A stretch of 64,000 nucleotides of DNA from Spirochaetia bacterium (GCA_965140585.1 OZ223264.1:160001-224000), one strand, 5' to 3'. Counted from the first letter of the stretch, positions 1 through 9,273 are shown. Translations and numbers: made by a program. The notes: generated from the letters alone by a model not told the origin.

Positions 1-2
1 AT

Positions 3-671
3 ACGCTTTTTTCAGTTCTTGAAGCACAAAGCTCAGGTATGAACTGCCTGAAGCTGATGTGGTACCTGCAGGATGAAGTGCTGAAAAATATAAAAATACT
101 GATAAAGCTGGTTTCAGAACCGGAACCTGATTTTAATATTATCAACAAGAACTATGGTAAACTCTTTCTGACAATGGGTAATCTTAAATACCGGGAAGAA
201 AAAATACTGATTCCATTATCTCTGGAGTTGCTTTCATCTGGTGTGTTTGCAGTAATGATTAATGATGCAGCGGAATACGGCGGTGCATTTAATATGGACA
301 TAAAAAGTTTTCTAAAAGATTCAGTTCGAAAAACAGTAAGCGCTTTGAACTCTTCAGGTGATGCTGAAGATGATGGGAGTTTACCGCTTTCTGTCGGGAC
401 TCTGAATTTATCTCAGATTGATCTTATGTTCCGGACACTGCCTGTTGATATAACCTTCGTTGATGAAAATGATCATGCAAGGTATTTCAGTCAGGAAAAG
501 GAAAGAATATTCCCCCGGTCTCCCGGAATTATAGGCAGGGCTGTACAGAATTGTCATCCGCCAAAAAGTATACACATCGTTCAGGAAATTATCGATGATT
601 TTAAAGCCGGAAAGCGAGATAGTGCCCTGAATACCATTGGCCTTATCAATCATTCTCGAATACTACTGTAA
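3..671 (+). CDS. DUF438/PAS_10 (hemerythrin-PAS type) protein, 5' cut by window edge, C-terminus apparently truncated
   Basis: Frame is open from base 3. It has the motifs LPVDITFVDEND and RIFPRSPGIIGRAVQNCHPPKS. Homology seems to stop after GKRDSA, where the usual EFWI...YFAVRD tail is absent. Confidence 0.7.
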   Translation, partial: TLFSVLEAQSSGMNCLKLMWYLQDEVLKNIKILIKLVSEPEPDFNIINKNYGKLFLTMGNLKYREEKILIPLSLELLSSGVFAVMINDAAEYGGAFNMDIKSFLKDSVRKTVSALNSSGDAEDDGSLPLSVGTLNLSQIDLMFRTLPVDITFVDENDHARYFSQEKERIFPRSPGIIGRAVQNCHPPKSIHIVQEIIDDFKAGKRDSALNTIGLINHSRILL

Positions 672-725
672 TTACGCCTACTATACATTCAGCGTTTCAA
701 TTTTACCGTCTTACTTAACAGTAAA
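648..725. repeat. 78-bp direct repeat copy 1 (decayed copy of the 3' end of the gene at 1440-1955)
   Basis: Manual alignment with 1407-1484 gives 68/78 identity with no gaps. Confidence 0.85.
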
Positions 726-795
726 AAGATCAGTTTGATTTGTATTAACACAAATCAAATTAAATCTGGAATATCTTGATTTAATTCCTGTTTAA

Positions 796-1284
796 TCAGG
801 ATTTTATCCCATCACTTTTATTATGAATCAATACCATAATCTGCATCGCTGCCGGCTGAGCAATCAAAGATTCAATCATAAAAGCAACAGCGATATTTCT
901 CGGCCATTTATAAATAAAGTTATGCAGCGGTTCTGTACTTATTGTTCCGGCTCCAATCCAGGAGCCGATGACTGTTAAAGGTATAGAGATTAAAAAGACT
1001 GAACAGAGAATATTAATTGTGATCATGGCTTTAAAACTATCCCCCGGTTTAGTAAGTTTTAAAGTAAGCCATTCTGCGGGTTTGTATGTTAGAAGAACAA
1101 CTGCTATAACTGACGGCCAGAGTATCGGTAGTTTTTTTAGAACATACAACCAGTTTTGAGCAGTGAACCCGAGTTCAAGGAATGTAATGAGAGGGGCTAT
1201 CAGATTAACTGAAATTAAAGAAATTATAATGAGAAATAAAGAAAATTCTCTCCTGTTTTGTGGAAGCTTAGTATAAAAATCCAT
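796..1284 (-). CDS. DUF2798-like membrane protein
   Basis: Four hydrophobic segments, LPQNRRE start, WPRNIAVAF..E...AQP motif, RBS AAGGAG upstream. Confidence 0.6.
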   Translation of the reverse strand: MDFYTKLPQNRREFSLFLIIISLISVNLIAPLITFLELGFTAQNWLYVLKKLPILWPSVIAVVLLTYKPAEWLTLKLTKPGDSFKAMITINILCSVFLISIPLTVIGSWIGAGTISTEPLHNFIYKWPRNIAVAFMIESLIAQPAAMQIMVLIHNKSDGIKS

Positions 1285-1304
1285 TTCAAACTCCTTTTTA
1301 GCGC

Positions 1305-1335
1305 AAAAAAAAGCACGGACCTGTTAAGTCCGTGC
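1305..1335 (-). terminator. Intrinsic terminator immediately upstream of the DUF2798 RBS
   Basis: Minus strand GCACGGAC-TTAACAG-GTCCGTGC followed by T8. Confidence 0.8.
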
Positions 1336-1363
1336 TGAACAATTATACGCACAATGATTATGC

Positions 1364-1392
1364 ATTTTATGAAAATATTCAGGTTAAGTCAA
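1364..1392 (-). promoter_or_regulatory. sigma70-type promoter
   Basis: Minus strand TTGACT-17 nt-TAAAAT. Confidence 0.55.
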
Positions 1393-1406
1393 TTATTAAG
1401 CTGATA

Positions 1407-1484
1407 AATCATTTTTGAATACTAATGCAATTACGGCTTCTATATATTCAGAGTTTCAATTTTACCGTCTTTCTTAACGGTAAA
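1407..1484. repeat. 78-bp direct repeat copy 2
   Basis: Matches 648-725 and overlaps the last 15 codons of 1440-1955. Confidence 0.85.
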
Positions 1485-1955
1485 GAATTCGGTTTCCTTT
1501 GTGTTGGTTGAATCAAAATAAACCTGGTAGATCTCATCATCGATAACAACCGCAACAATCTCATCGATTTCCTTCTGTCCGTTTTCCATTGTAATTTTAA
1601 ACTTGTCTATAAGGAGGTGCGAACATTCCTCAAGATCAACCTCTTCCTCATCTTCGGTATCCTCGTTAATTAGAACACCTTCTTCCAGGGTACTGAATCC
1701 GATGTACATTTCATCATCAGCTAAAGGGGGCAGGTTAACATCAGGGGACTCATCAGGTTCTAAATAATCAGGAGTCACACCTGAGACATAGTCACTCAGC
1801 GACATTACATTTTTATCATCCGATGCATAACAGAGATATTCATTGAAGACTTCGTTATCAGCAATCAAATCCATTAAAGCGATTTGTTCGTCCTGATTTA
1901 CTTCCTCGTAATCAGAAATCTTAACTTTTGCTATTTGTATTTCAGTTCCTTTCAT
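1440..1955 (-). CDS. Acidic hypothetical protein
   Basis: 171-aa ORF with RBS GAGGAG; no recognised family. Confidence 0.7.
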   Translation of the reverse strand: MKGTEIQIAKVKISDYEEVNQDEQIALMDLIADNEVFNEYLCYASDDKNVMSLSDYVSGVTPDYLEPDESPDVNLPPLADDEMYIGFSTLEEGVLINEDTEDEEEVDLEECSHLLIDKFKITMENGQKEIDEIVAVVIDDEIYQVYFDSTNTKETEFFTVKKDGKIETLNI

Positions 1956-2186
1956 TAAAACTTAACTCCTCGTTTGGAATACCTATGGTTTATAAACAAC
2001 TAATAATCAGCAGATTTTCTTCTCAAAGTCAATATGTCCCATGACACGGAAACAATGTCACTACGCGCCATTGTTTTTGGAGTTTTACATTGAGCTTTGT
2101 AGCGACCTGTAACTCTCAATTTTATATAACATATCTTATGTCCCGGTTTGCAGCCATAATACTCCATCGAATCACTTTACAGAAAT

Positions 2187-2224
2187 AAAAAAAGACTGAA
2201 ACCAAATAGGTTCCAGTCTTTTTT

Positions 2225-2225
<1 letters not shown>
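2187..2225 (-). terminator. Terminator downstream of tRNA-Arg (A/T tracts on both sides)
   Basis: AAAAAAAGACTGAAACC-AAATA-GGTTCCAGTCTTTTTTT. Confidence 0.75.
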
Positions 2226-2298
<73 letters not shown>

Positions 2299-2348
2299 AA
2301 GTGAATGTATAATAGTAGAAAATGCATCTGCTGTCAATTCTTCGGGAC

Positions 2349-2783
2349 TTATACAAACTTCTGAAAGGTTCGAAGCAGCAGAAAGCTCTCTGTTTTTGAA
2401 ATTTCTTCTATAGTAGAGAGTTCCTGCGTAAGAAAGTGTACCAGTCCCTTGTTTGAATCAACCAGCACTTCCACGAAAAGATCATAGCGTCCCGAGGTCA
2501 TCGATACATTGAGCACGTTGTCAAGCTCAGCAATTTCCTGGGCTTTCTTCTCTAGCAGTGAGCTCTTGGACACATTGACAGCTATTACTGCCAGCTGCTG
2601 ATTGCTAAGTATTTCCGGGTTAATTAGACCCCGTACATTCAGAATTCCTGCATCCTTCAGTTTCTTTATTCGCTGTCTTACTGTTCCCTCAGATATTCCG
2701 AGGGTTTTAGCCAGAGTATTGTTTGATTCGTTTGATTCACGGAGAATATCGATTATCTTCCAATCCAGTTCATCAGGTTCCAT
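2349..2783 (-). CDS. Lrp/AsnC family regulator (AldR-like), divergent from ald
   Basis: N-terminal HTH DELDWKII...LGISEGTVRQRIKKL and C-terminal SGRYDL motif. Confidence 0.9.
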   Translation of the reverse strand: MEPDELDWKIIDILRESNESNNTLAKTLGISEGTVRQRIKKLKDAGILNVRGLINPEILSNQQLAVIAVNVSKSSLLEKKAQEIAELDNVLNVSMTSGRYDLFVEVLVDSNKGLVHFLTQELSTIEEISKTESFLLLRTFQKFV

Positions 2784-2834
2784 AATTGGAGTATAGATAG
2801 TTCTGAACTTTTTGACAAGCTGATCAATTTAAAA

Positions 2835-2878
2835 TACGAAAAACGTAGAAAAAATATTGACAAAATACGTAAAGCGTA
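2835..2878. promoter_or_regulatory. Two TACG-N5-CGTA palindromic operators around the ald -35 box (TTGACA 2857-2862)
   Basis: TACGAAAAACGTA at 2835-2847 and TACGTAAAGCGTA at 2866-2878, 31 bp apart. Confidence 0.55.
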
Positions 2879-2903
2879 CGATATTTGACTCAGGAGGCGC
2901 AGT

Positions 2904-4016
2904 ATGACAATAGGCTGTCCAAAAGAAATAAAAAAACATGAATACAGGGTCGGTATGACACCATCCGATGCCGCTGAATATATAAAAACAGGAAGCAGGG
3001 TGCTTATCGAGAAAAATGCCGGTTCTGGTGCCGGGTTCGAGGATGAAGAATACATCGATGCCGGTGCTGAGATAATTGAGGATAAAAAACTTCTCTTTGA
3101 CTCAAGCGATATGATTGTAAAGGTTAAGGAGCCCCTTCCTGAGGAGTATTCGCTATTCCATAAAGACCAGATTCTCTTTACATATCTTCATCTTGCCGCA
3201 AGCAGGGATCTTACCGGTGTGCTGCTTGAGGCAGGAGTAAATTCGGTTGCCTATGAAACAATAGAGGTTAACAGAAAGCTTCCCTGTCTGGCACCAATGA
3301 GTGAAATAGCGGGGCGTCTAAGTGTACAGGAAGGCGCCAAATATCTTGAGAAGACCTTCGGTGGACGCGGGATCCTTCTTTCAGGTGTTCCCGGTGTTGA
3401 GCGGGGTCGAGTCGCTATTCTCGGCGGCGGAGTTGTAGGCGCTAACGCTGCACGAATAGCTGTTGGTATGGGGGCTGATACAACTTTGCTCGATATCAGC
3501 GGTGAAAGGCTTGCTTATCTTGATGATGTGTTCGGTTCCGGCCTTAAAACCCTCTATAGTACGAGGGCTAATATCAGGAAGGTTCTTGGTGAAAGCGATG
3601 TTGTGATCGGGGCAGTTCTGCGTCCGGGTGCAAAGGCTCCATGGCTAATCAGACGTGAAGATCTCAAGCTGATGAAGAAGGGTGCGGTTATTGTCGATGT
3701 TGCAGTCGATCAGGGCGGATGTGCCGAGACCACGCATCCTACTACTCATGATGATCCTGTTTTTGAGGTTGATGGAATAGTCCATTACTGTGTGGCTAAT
3801 ATGCCCGGTTCAGTTGCTTTGACTGCAACCATGGCTCTTACCAGTACAACTCTTAAATACGGACTGATGATTGCTTCAAAGGGCCTTGAGGGGGCGCTGG
3901 CTGAAAGCCTTCCGCTTCAGAAGGGTCTTAATACTTATAAGGGCGAGCTTGCCTGTGAAGGTGTTGCTGAAGCCTTCGACATGAACTATAAGCCAGCCTT
4001 AGAGTTGATTGGTTAA
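2904..4016 (+). CDS. ald: Alanine dehydrogenase
   Basis: Motifs IGCPKEIK.HEYRV, KVKEP, FTYLHLAA, GGGVVG, DVAVDQGGC and HYCVANMPG. Confidence 0.97.
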   Translation: MTIGCPKEIKKHEYRVGMTPSDAAEYIKTGSRVLIEKNAGSGAGFEDEEYIDAGAEIIEDKKLLFDSSDMIVKVKEPLPEEYSLFHKDQILFTYLHLAASRDLTGVLLEAGVNSVAYETIEVNRKLPCLAPMSEIAGRLSVQEGAKYLEKTFGGRGILLSGVPGVERGRVAILGGGVVGANAARIAVGMGADTTLLDISGERLAYLDDVFGSGLKTLYSTRANIRKVLGESDVVIGAVLRPGAKAPWLIRREDLKLMKKGAVIVDVAVDQGGCAETTHPTTHDDPVFEVDGIVHYCVANMPGSVALTATMALTSTTLKYGLMIASKGLEGALAESLPLQKGLNTYKGELACEGVAEAFDMNYKPALELIG

Positions 4017-4030
4017 TAAAAAAGAAACCA

Positions 4031-4179
4031 TAGTAACTTCAAAAGTCAGTAACTTTTGAAGTTACTACCTTAGATTTAAATGGAGTTTTATTGTAATGAT
4101 ACAATAAGCTTTTACGTATGATGGAATTTCAATAAAACTCCCGAGCAAAATACGAACTAACTGAGTTCGTATTTTGCTC
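4031..4179. repeat. Composite palindromic element A (two 37-nt hairpins plus an inner inverted repeat)
   Basis: Perfect 16-bp stems with 5-nt loops at 4031-4067 and 4143-4179. Inner inverted repeat GGAGTTTTATTG/CAATAAAACTCC. Confidence 0.8.
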
Positions 4180-5038
4180 AGAATACAACAGCTATTTTCC
4201 GGTCCGGATCCAGCAGGGTATCGAAGGATCGGATTTTTCCAAGCATTATTTCATCTAGCACAAGGCCTTTCGGAATAAGCAGCATTCCGTTCTGCAGGAC
4301 TATGTTTTCAGCAATGTACATTCCGGTCTGAAGATCGGCAATGCTTATGGCGGTTGCACTGTCTGCGGCTTCCTGTTTATCTACGTTCTGCTTGATAAAT
4401 TCTACAAACTGGCGGGCTAGAGACGGGTCGTAAATATATCCGGCCTGGTCCTTTATCATCGAAGCGGCATCCGAAGCCTTTATCTGATTTTTAAAAATAT
4501 AATTATCGTAGTCATTTGTGAACCGTACTATTCGGGCGCCTATGGGAATTTCTGTACCGGCTGTACCATCGGGGTATCCGTCACCTCCGTATTCTTCGTG
4601 GTGCCCCCTGATTATTCTGGCTGTCTGCTTTAAATCGTAGGCGGTTGAGATCATCTTTTCGCCTATCAGCGGATGCTTCCGGTAAAGGGCGATCTCGCTT
4701 TCCTTGAGGTCCTGTTCCCGGCCGGAAACTATATCCTGTGGCATGCCTACCATTCCAAGGTCGTGGAGCAGGGCCCCGTAGTAGATTCTGAATATTGTTT
4801 CCTTGTCAAAGCGCAGGTATTCGGAAAAGGATTTTGAAAGTTCCGCGACCCTTTTTATATGGCCGCCCAGGAAGTTATTGGATTGAGAAATTGTAATAAC
4901 CAGCAGCCCTACCATGTCCTGGAAATTACGTCTAAGGGTCTTTTTTAAACCTTTTAGAGATTCAACCCTTTCTTCAAGGGCTTTAAATTGTTGCTGTTCC
5001 TGTTCCGTCATGATTAATAAATCGGATTGGAACGCCAT
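4178..5038 (-). CDS. HD-GYP domain phosphodiesterase (start may be 5011)
   Basis: Motifs LLHDLG, HHEEYGGDGYPDG and IPIGARIV. Confidence 0.85.
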   Translation of the reverse strand: MAFQSDLLIMTEQEQQQFKALEERVESLKGLKKTLRRNFQDMVGLLVITISQSNNFLGGHIKRVAELSKSFSEYLRFDKETIFRIYYGALLHDLGMVGMPQDIVSGREQDLKESEIALYRKHPLIGEKMISTAYDLKQTARIIRGHHEEYGGDGYPDGTAGTEIPIGARIVRFTNDYDNYIFKNQIKASDAASMIKDQAGYIYDPSLARQFVEFIKQNVDKQEAADSATAISIADLQTGMYIAENIVLQNGMLLIPKGLVLDEIMLGKIRSFDTLLDPDRKIAVVF

Positions 5039-5859
5039 TCTCCTTCAGAAAAAAAATAAATTTCTCCGTAACCGCTTGTTTTCAGCAGTTCTGCACCCTC
5101 TTTGAAGTAGAAATCGAGGTTTTCTGGGCTGTGCGCATCTGCAGAAATTGTAATCGGTATGTTTCTCTTAAAACAATGCGCCAGAAGCCAGTCTGACGGG
5201 TAAAAATCAGTTGTAGCATTGCGCGCGATCCCTCCGGAATTAAGTTCTACGATCATCCCGCTTCCGGCTGCTGTTTCAATGAACTCAAGTGCGAGGTCCC
5301 TGTACCATTTGTCTTCGGGGTTGAAAAAACGGTTGTTTGTATTCCTTTTTTTAACTAGGTCGCAGTGTCCTATAATATCAAATTTATGTTCGGTAACCAT
5401 TCTGCTTTCAAGCCGGTAGTATTCTTTAACAAGCTTTTTAATATCGCCTCCGAACTGCTTCTCAAGAAGCTCTTCAAGCTCCTCAACAGGACCGTCTACC
5501 GACAAATCTTTTCCGGAATCCTCACAAACTATTGAGTGTACAGACCCTATCCTGTAATCCAGTCCGAACTGGTCGTAGAAGGGATTATCAGGCCAGATTC
5601 TCCCTGGTATATAGTCAATCTCAAGGCCTCTGTAAAGTTCAATTCTACCCTTGTATTTCTGCTGGAGTTCAGCGGCTTCTCCGGCGTAGACTCCGATATT
5701 TTCCGGAGCCATGGACCATTCATTTTCATATGGCAGGGGAGCGTGGGGAGAGAATCCCAGTATATCAAATCCTCGGCTTATACCGGTTTCCACATATTCT
5801 TCAAGCTTTCCGTTGCCGTCGTCTAGATAGAAATGCGAGTGGTAATTAGTCTTCTTCAT
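5014..5859 (-). CDS. Histidinol-phosphatase, PHP family (HisJ/HisK)
   Basis: Motifs NYHSH, GFSPHAP, GLEIDY, IGSVH, GHCDL and ADAH. Confidence 0.85.
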   Translation of the reverse strand: MKKTNYHSHFYLDDGNGKLEEYVETGISRGFDILGFSPHAPLPYENEWSMAPENIGVYAGEAAELQQKYKGRIELYRGLEIDYIPGRIWPDNPFYDQFGLDYRIGSVHSIVCEDSGKDLSVDGPVEELEELLEKQFGGDIKKLVKEYYRLESRMVTEHKFDIIGHCDLVKKRNTNNRFFNPEDKWYRDLALEFIETAAGSGMIVELNSGGIARNATTDFYPSDWLLAHCFKRNIPITISADAHSPENLDFYFKEGAELLKTSGYGEIYFFSEGEWRSNPIY

Positions 5860-5907
5860 AGCAGGTATTCTATCACCGAGGGCATTTAAAATAAACAGGA
5901 CTTAGAG

Positions 5908-6056
5908 GCAATTTCAAAACTAAGATAGTTTTGAAATTGCGACCTTGACGTAAATGAAGAAAATTTTACAATTCGTTATTATATAATAATTTACATAATT
6001 ATGCAAAATTTTACTTCAAAGCTTCTTGCAAAACTAACCGAGTTTTGCAAGAAGCT
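5908..6056. repeat. Composite palindromic element B
   Basis: Hairpins at 5908-5940 and 6020-6056 (AAAACT-N5-AGTTTT core) with an inner imperfect inverted repeat TGAAGAAAATTTT/AAAATTTTACTTCA. Confidence 0.8.
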
Positions 6057-6127
6057 CCTTAGGCTATGTTTCAGAATATAGGCTGTACTACCTTGAAAGC
6101 CTGTCTCTGCTGTTATATAAATTATGG

Positions 6128-7414
6128 ATGGAAAAAAAAATTACCGAATCCCCTTACCTGAAACGACTGATATCTGAAGCAGATTTACCTGAAGGTTTTA
6201 AAACGGGAAGGCTCGGAATAAGGTTTAAACCCGAAGAGCTTGATACCGACGATGAAATGAAGATGAATCTTTCCATGATCCTCCTCGACCGGCCTGCAGA
6301 ATCATTTGCCGGGGTTTTTACCAGGAATAAATTTCCCGGAGCTCCTGTTCTTATGTGCAGAGAGAGGCTGAAATCACCGTCGCTTCGGGCTATCGTGATA
6401 AATAACAAGATTGCCAATGTCTGTGTTGAATCAGGACCTGCAGATGCCGAGGCCATGGCTGCCGCTGTCGCCGGATCTATAGGCTGCGATCCTAAGGAAG
6501 TTATGACTTCTTCAACAGGGGTTATCGGATGGAGACTGCCGGTAGCTGCCATGCAGTCCTCAATTCCTGAGCTGTATCGTATCGCTGGTGAAGGCCGTGA
6601 AAATGCTGTTGCGCTGGCCGAGGGCATAATGACCACCGACCGTTTTCCAAAGCTTCGCACCCGTAAGCTGTTCGGCGGAAGGATTACCGCTGTTGCAAAG
6701 GGCGCAGGGATGATAGAGCCCAACATGGCTACAATGCTCTGCTTTGTAATGACAGATATTGCAATTGAGCGTGATGCGCTGCGTGAAATGCTGCCGGGGG
6801 CAGCGGCAGAAAGCTTCAACCGGATAAGCGTGGACAGCGACCAGAGTACAAGCGACATGGTCATTGCGGTCAGCTCAGGGTTAAAGCCCTGTACCGATAC
6901 CGAAAAATTCAGGGAGGCTCTGCATCAGGTCTGTGCGGAACTTGCCGAAGATATAGTACGTAACGGTGAAGGAACCGGGCATGTTATTTCGGTAGCTGTA
7001 GAGGGTGCTCCTGATACGGAAACTGCAGTTGCTGTGGGCAAGGCTGTCGTCAATTCGCCGCTTGTAAAAACCGCAGTTGCAGGCAATGATCCCAATGTAG
7101 GAAGACTTGCTTCCTCAATTGGAGACTACTGCGGAAACAATAATATAGAAATAAACCGCAACGATGTAAGAATTACACTCGGCGGTGAGATAATATTTTC
7201 TGAGGGCTGTCTGAGGCTCGATTCCAAAAAAGAGCTCAGGCTTGTAAAATACCTCAAAGAAAAGGGGCAGGATCCCGCGCTTACGGGATATCCCGAGCAT
7301 GAAGAAAAAGTAGAAATAAAAGTGGAACTGAAACTGGGCAGTTCAACCGCAACAGTTCTGGGCAGCGACCTTACCCATGAATATGTCAGCGAGAATGCCG
7401 ACTACAGAACCTGA
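6128..7414 (+). CDS. argJ: Ornithine acetyltransferase / N-acetylglutamate synthase
   Basis: Motifs AGVFTRN, SSTGVIG, IMTTD, KGAGMIEPNMATML, DSDQSTSD, RNGEG and terminal NADYRT. Confidence 0.95.
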   Translation: MEKKITESPYLKRLISEADLPEGFKTGRLGIRFKPEELDTDDEMKMNLSMILLDRPAESFAGVFTRNKFPGAPVLMCRERLKSPSLRAIVINNKIANVCVESGPADAEAMAAAVAGSIGCDPKEVMTSSTGVIGWRLPVAAMQSSIPELYRIAGEGRENAVALAEGIMTTDRFPKLRTRKLFGGRITAVAKGAGMIEPNMATMLCFVMTDIAIERDALREMLPGAAAESFNRISVDSDQSTSDMVIAVSSGLKPCTDTEKFREALHQVCAELAEDIVRNGEGTGHVISVAVEGAPDTETAVAVGKAVVNSPLVKTAVAGNDPNVGRLASSIGDYCGNNNIEINRNDVRITLGGEIIFSEGCLRLDSKKELRLVKYLKEKGQDPALTGYPEHEEKVEIKVELKLGSSTATVLGSDLTHEYVSENADYRT

Positions 7415-7423
7415 GGATGGTCT

Positions 7424-8401
7424 ATGAGTGATAATATTGATGTTATAATTGAGAAAGCGCAGACGCAGCTTGATAAATGCCGGAAAGAGATAGCCGCAAG
7501 AGTAATCGGTCAGAAGGATATGGTAGACGGTATCCTGATGGGGCTGCTTGCAGGCGGGCATGTTCTTATTGAAGGTGTTCCGGGACTTGCAAAAACCCTT
7601 TCGGTAAAAACTACTGCAGAGGTTATCGATTCTTCTTTTTCAAGAATTCAGTTTACCCCCGATCTTCTGCCCGCAGATATCATCGGAACAATGATATACA
7701 AACAGCAGAGCGGCGATTTTGTAGTCCGAAAAGGCCCTGTTTTTGCAAATATTGTTCTTGCCGATGAAATAAACCGTGCCCCAGCAAAGGTTCAGTCGGC
7801 ACTGCTTGAAGCAATGCAGGAAGGGCAGGTTACAATAGGCAGCCAGACCTATAAACTGCCGGAACCTTTTTTTGTTCTGGCAACCCAGAACCCAATTGAA
7901 AGCGAGGGAACCTACCCGCTGCCGGAAGCCCAGCTTGACAGGTTTATTCTTAAACTGAAGATCGGTTACCCGACTCCGGAAGAGGAACTGCAGATTCTTA
8001 GAACAGTCGGTGAGGAAACAGATATTCCGGTTAAAAAGGTTCTTTCTCCGCTTGCACTGAAGGACCTCAGAAAGGTTGTTGCAAAGATTAAAATTGATGA
8101 AAGAATAGAGGAATATATAGTAGCCATAACAGCCGCTACCAGAGAAAAGGATAAAATTGCTGTTCCTTATGCAAAATACATCGAATTCGGGGCTTCACCA
8201 AGGGCCAGTATCTACCTTTACCGCTGCTCAAAGATTCAGGCAATGTTTGAAGGCCGATCATATGTTATTCCCGATGATGTAAAGAACGTTGTGTATAACG
8301 TTTTAAGGCACAGGATTGTGCTTTCCTATGAGGCCGAATCTGAAGAATTGACTGCCGATGCTGTAATCTCAAGGCTTCTGAAGGTGGTACCCGTTCCCTG
8401 A
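7424..8401 (+). CDS. MoxR family AAA+ ATPase
   Basis: Motifs EGVPGLAKT, RIQFTPDLLP, ADEINRAPAKVQSALLEAM and ATQNPIE. Confidence 0.95.
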   Translation: MSDNIDVIIEKAQTQLDKCRKEIAARVIGQKDMVDGILMGLLAGGHVLIEGVPGLAKTLSVKTTAEVIDSSFSRIQFTPDLLPADIIGTMIYKQQSGDFVVRKGPVFANIVLADEINRAPAKVQSALLEAMQEGQVTIGSQTYKLPEPFFVLATQNPIESEGTYPLPEAQLDRFILKLKIGYPTPEEELQILRTVGEETDIPVKKVLSPLALKDLRKVVAKIKIDERIEEYIVAITAATREKDKIAVPYAKYIEFGASPRASIYLYRCSKIQAMFEGRSYVIPDDVKNVVYNVLRHRIVLSYEAESEELTADAVISRLLKVVPVP

Positions 8402-9273
8402 TGGACAGCCTTCAGTTACTTTCACAAATACGAAACATCCCCCTTGTCTCGGCCAGGCTTGTTGAAGGCTTCCTTTCGGGAAACTACCGTTCAGTCTTCC
8501 GCGGCCCGGGGCTTGAATTCGATGAAGTCCGCGAATATACAGACGGTGATGACATAAGAGCCATTGACTGGAACGTTACATCCAGAATGGGCAGTCCCTT
8601 TGTCAAAACCTTCCGCGAAGAGCGGGAAATGGTCCTTCTTCTGATGATAGACGTTTCCGCCTCGCTTCAAACCGGCTCCGGTTCACTGAAGAAAGGCGAT
8701 GCTGCTGCCCTTGTCTCGGCGCTGCTTGCCCATTCCGCGGTACGTAACAGCGATCGCGTCGGAGCAGTTTTCTTTACCGATCGCATTGAAAAGTGGATTC
8801 CGCCGATGAAGGGCCGCAATCACCTGATGCGGCTTGTACAGGATATTGCCTCTTTTCAGCCTAAGGGTACGGGATCCGACATCGCTCTTGCAATTGCCTG
8901 CGTAGAACAGTCGCTTAAACGCCGGGGCATATGCATCCTTGTTTCCGATTTCAAATCGCCTTCAAACCTGCGTCAGATGTCAATGCTCTCCAAAAAGCAC
9001 GATCTCATCGCGGTAAAAATAACCGATCCCTCCGACCGGGAATTTCCCTCAACCGGACTGATGGAGCTCAAGGATATGGAATCCGGCCGGGTGCGAAACT
9101 CATTCGGGTTTTCAAACAGCTACCGGAATGACTATATGGATTTCTGGCTTACTGACCATATCTTCTGGCTGCGCGAATGCCGGAGACGCGGGATAGATAC
9201 ACTTGTAATTGATACCGAAGAGGACCCCGCCAAGGCCCTGCTTTCCTTCTTTAAAAGGAGAAAGCGTAAGTGA
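8401..9273 (+). CDS. DUF58 domain protein
   Basis: GLEFDEVREY..GDDIRAIDWNVT and DVSAS motifs; follows moxR. Confidence 0.92.
   Translation: MDSLQLLSQIRNIPLVSARLVEGFLSGNYRSVFRGPGLEFDEVREYTDGDDIRAIDWNVTSRMGSPFVKTFREEREMVLLLMIDVSASLQTGSGSLKKGDAAALVSALLAHSAVRNSDRVGAVFFTDRIEKWIPPMKGRNHLMRLVQDIASFQPKGTGSDIALAIACVEQSLKRRGICILVSDFKSPSNLRQMSMLSKKHDLIAVKITDPSDREFPSTGLMELKDMESGRVRNSFGFSNSYRNDYMDFWLTDHIFWLRECRRRGIDTLVIDTEEDPAKALLSFFKRRKRK

Noticed and set aside
1324-1365. Leader peptide MHNHCAYNCSART upstream of the DUF2798 terminator
   Set aside because: Its ATG overlaps the predicted -10 box and has no SD, so it would not be in the transcript from that promoter.
6154-6864. 236-aa antisense ORF, and similar ones such as 11294-11884 and 46767-47267
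   Set aside because: They lie opposite well-supported genes and have no RBS or family motifs, so they are codon-bias shadows.
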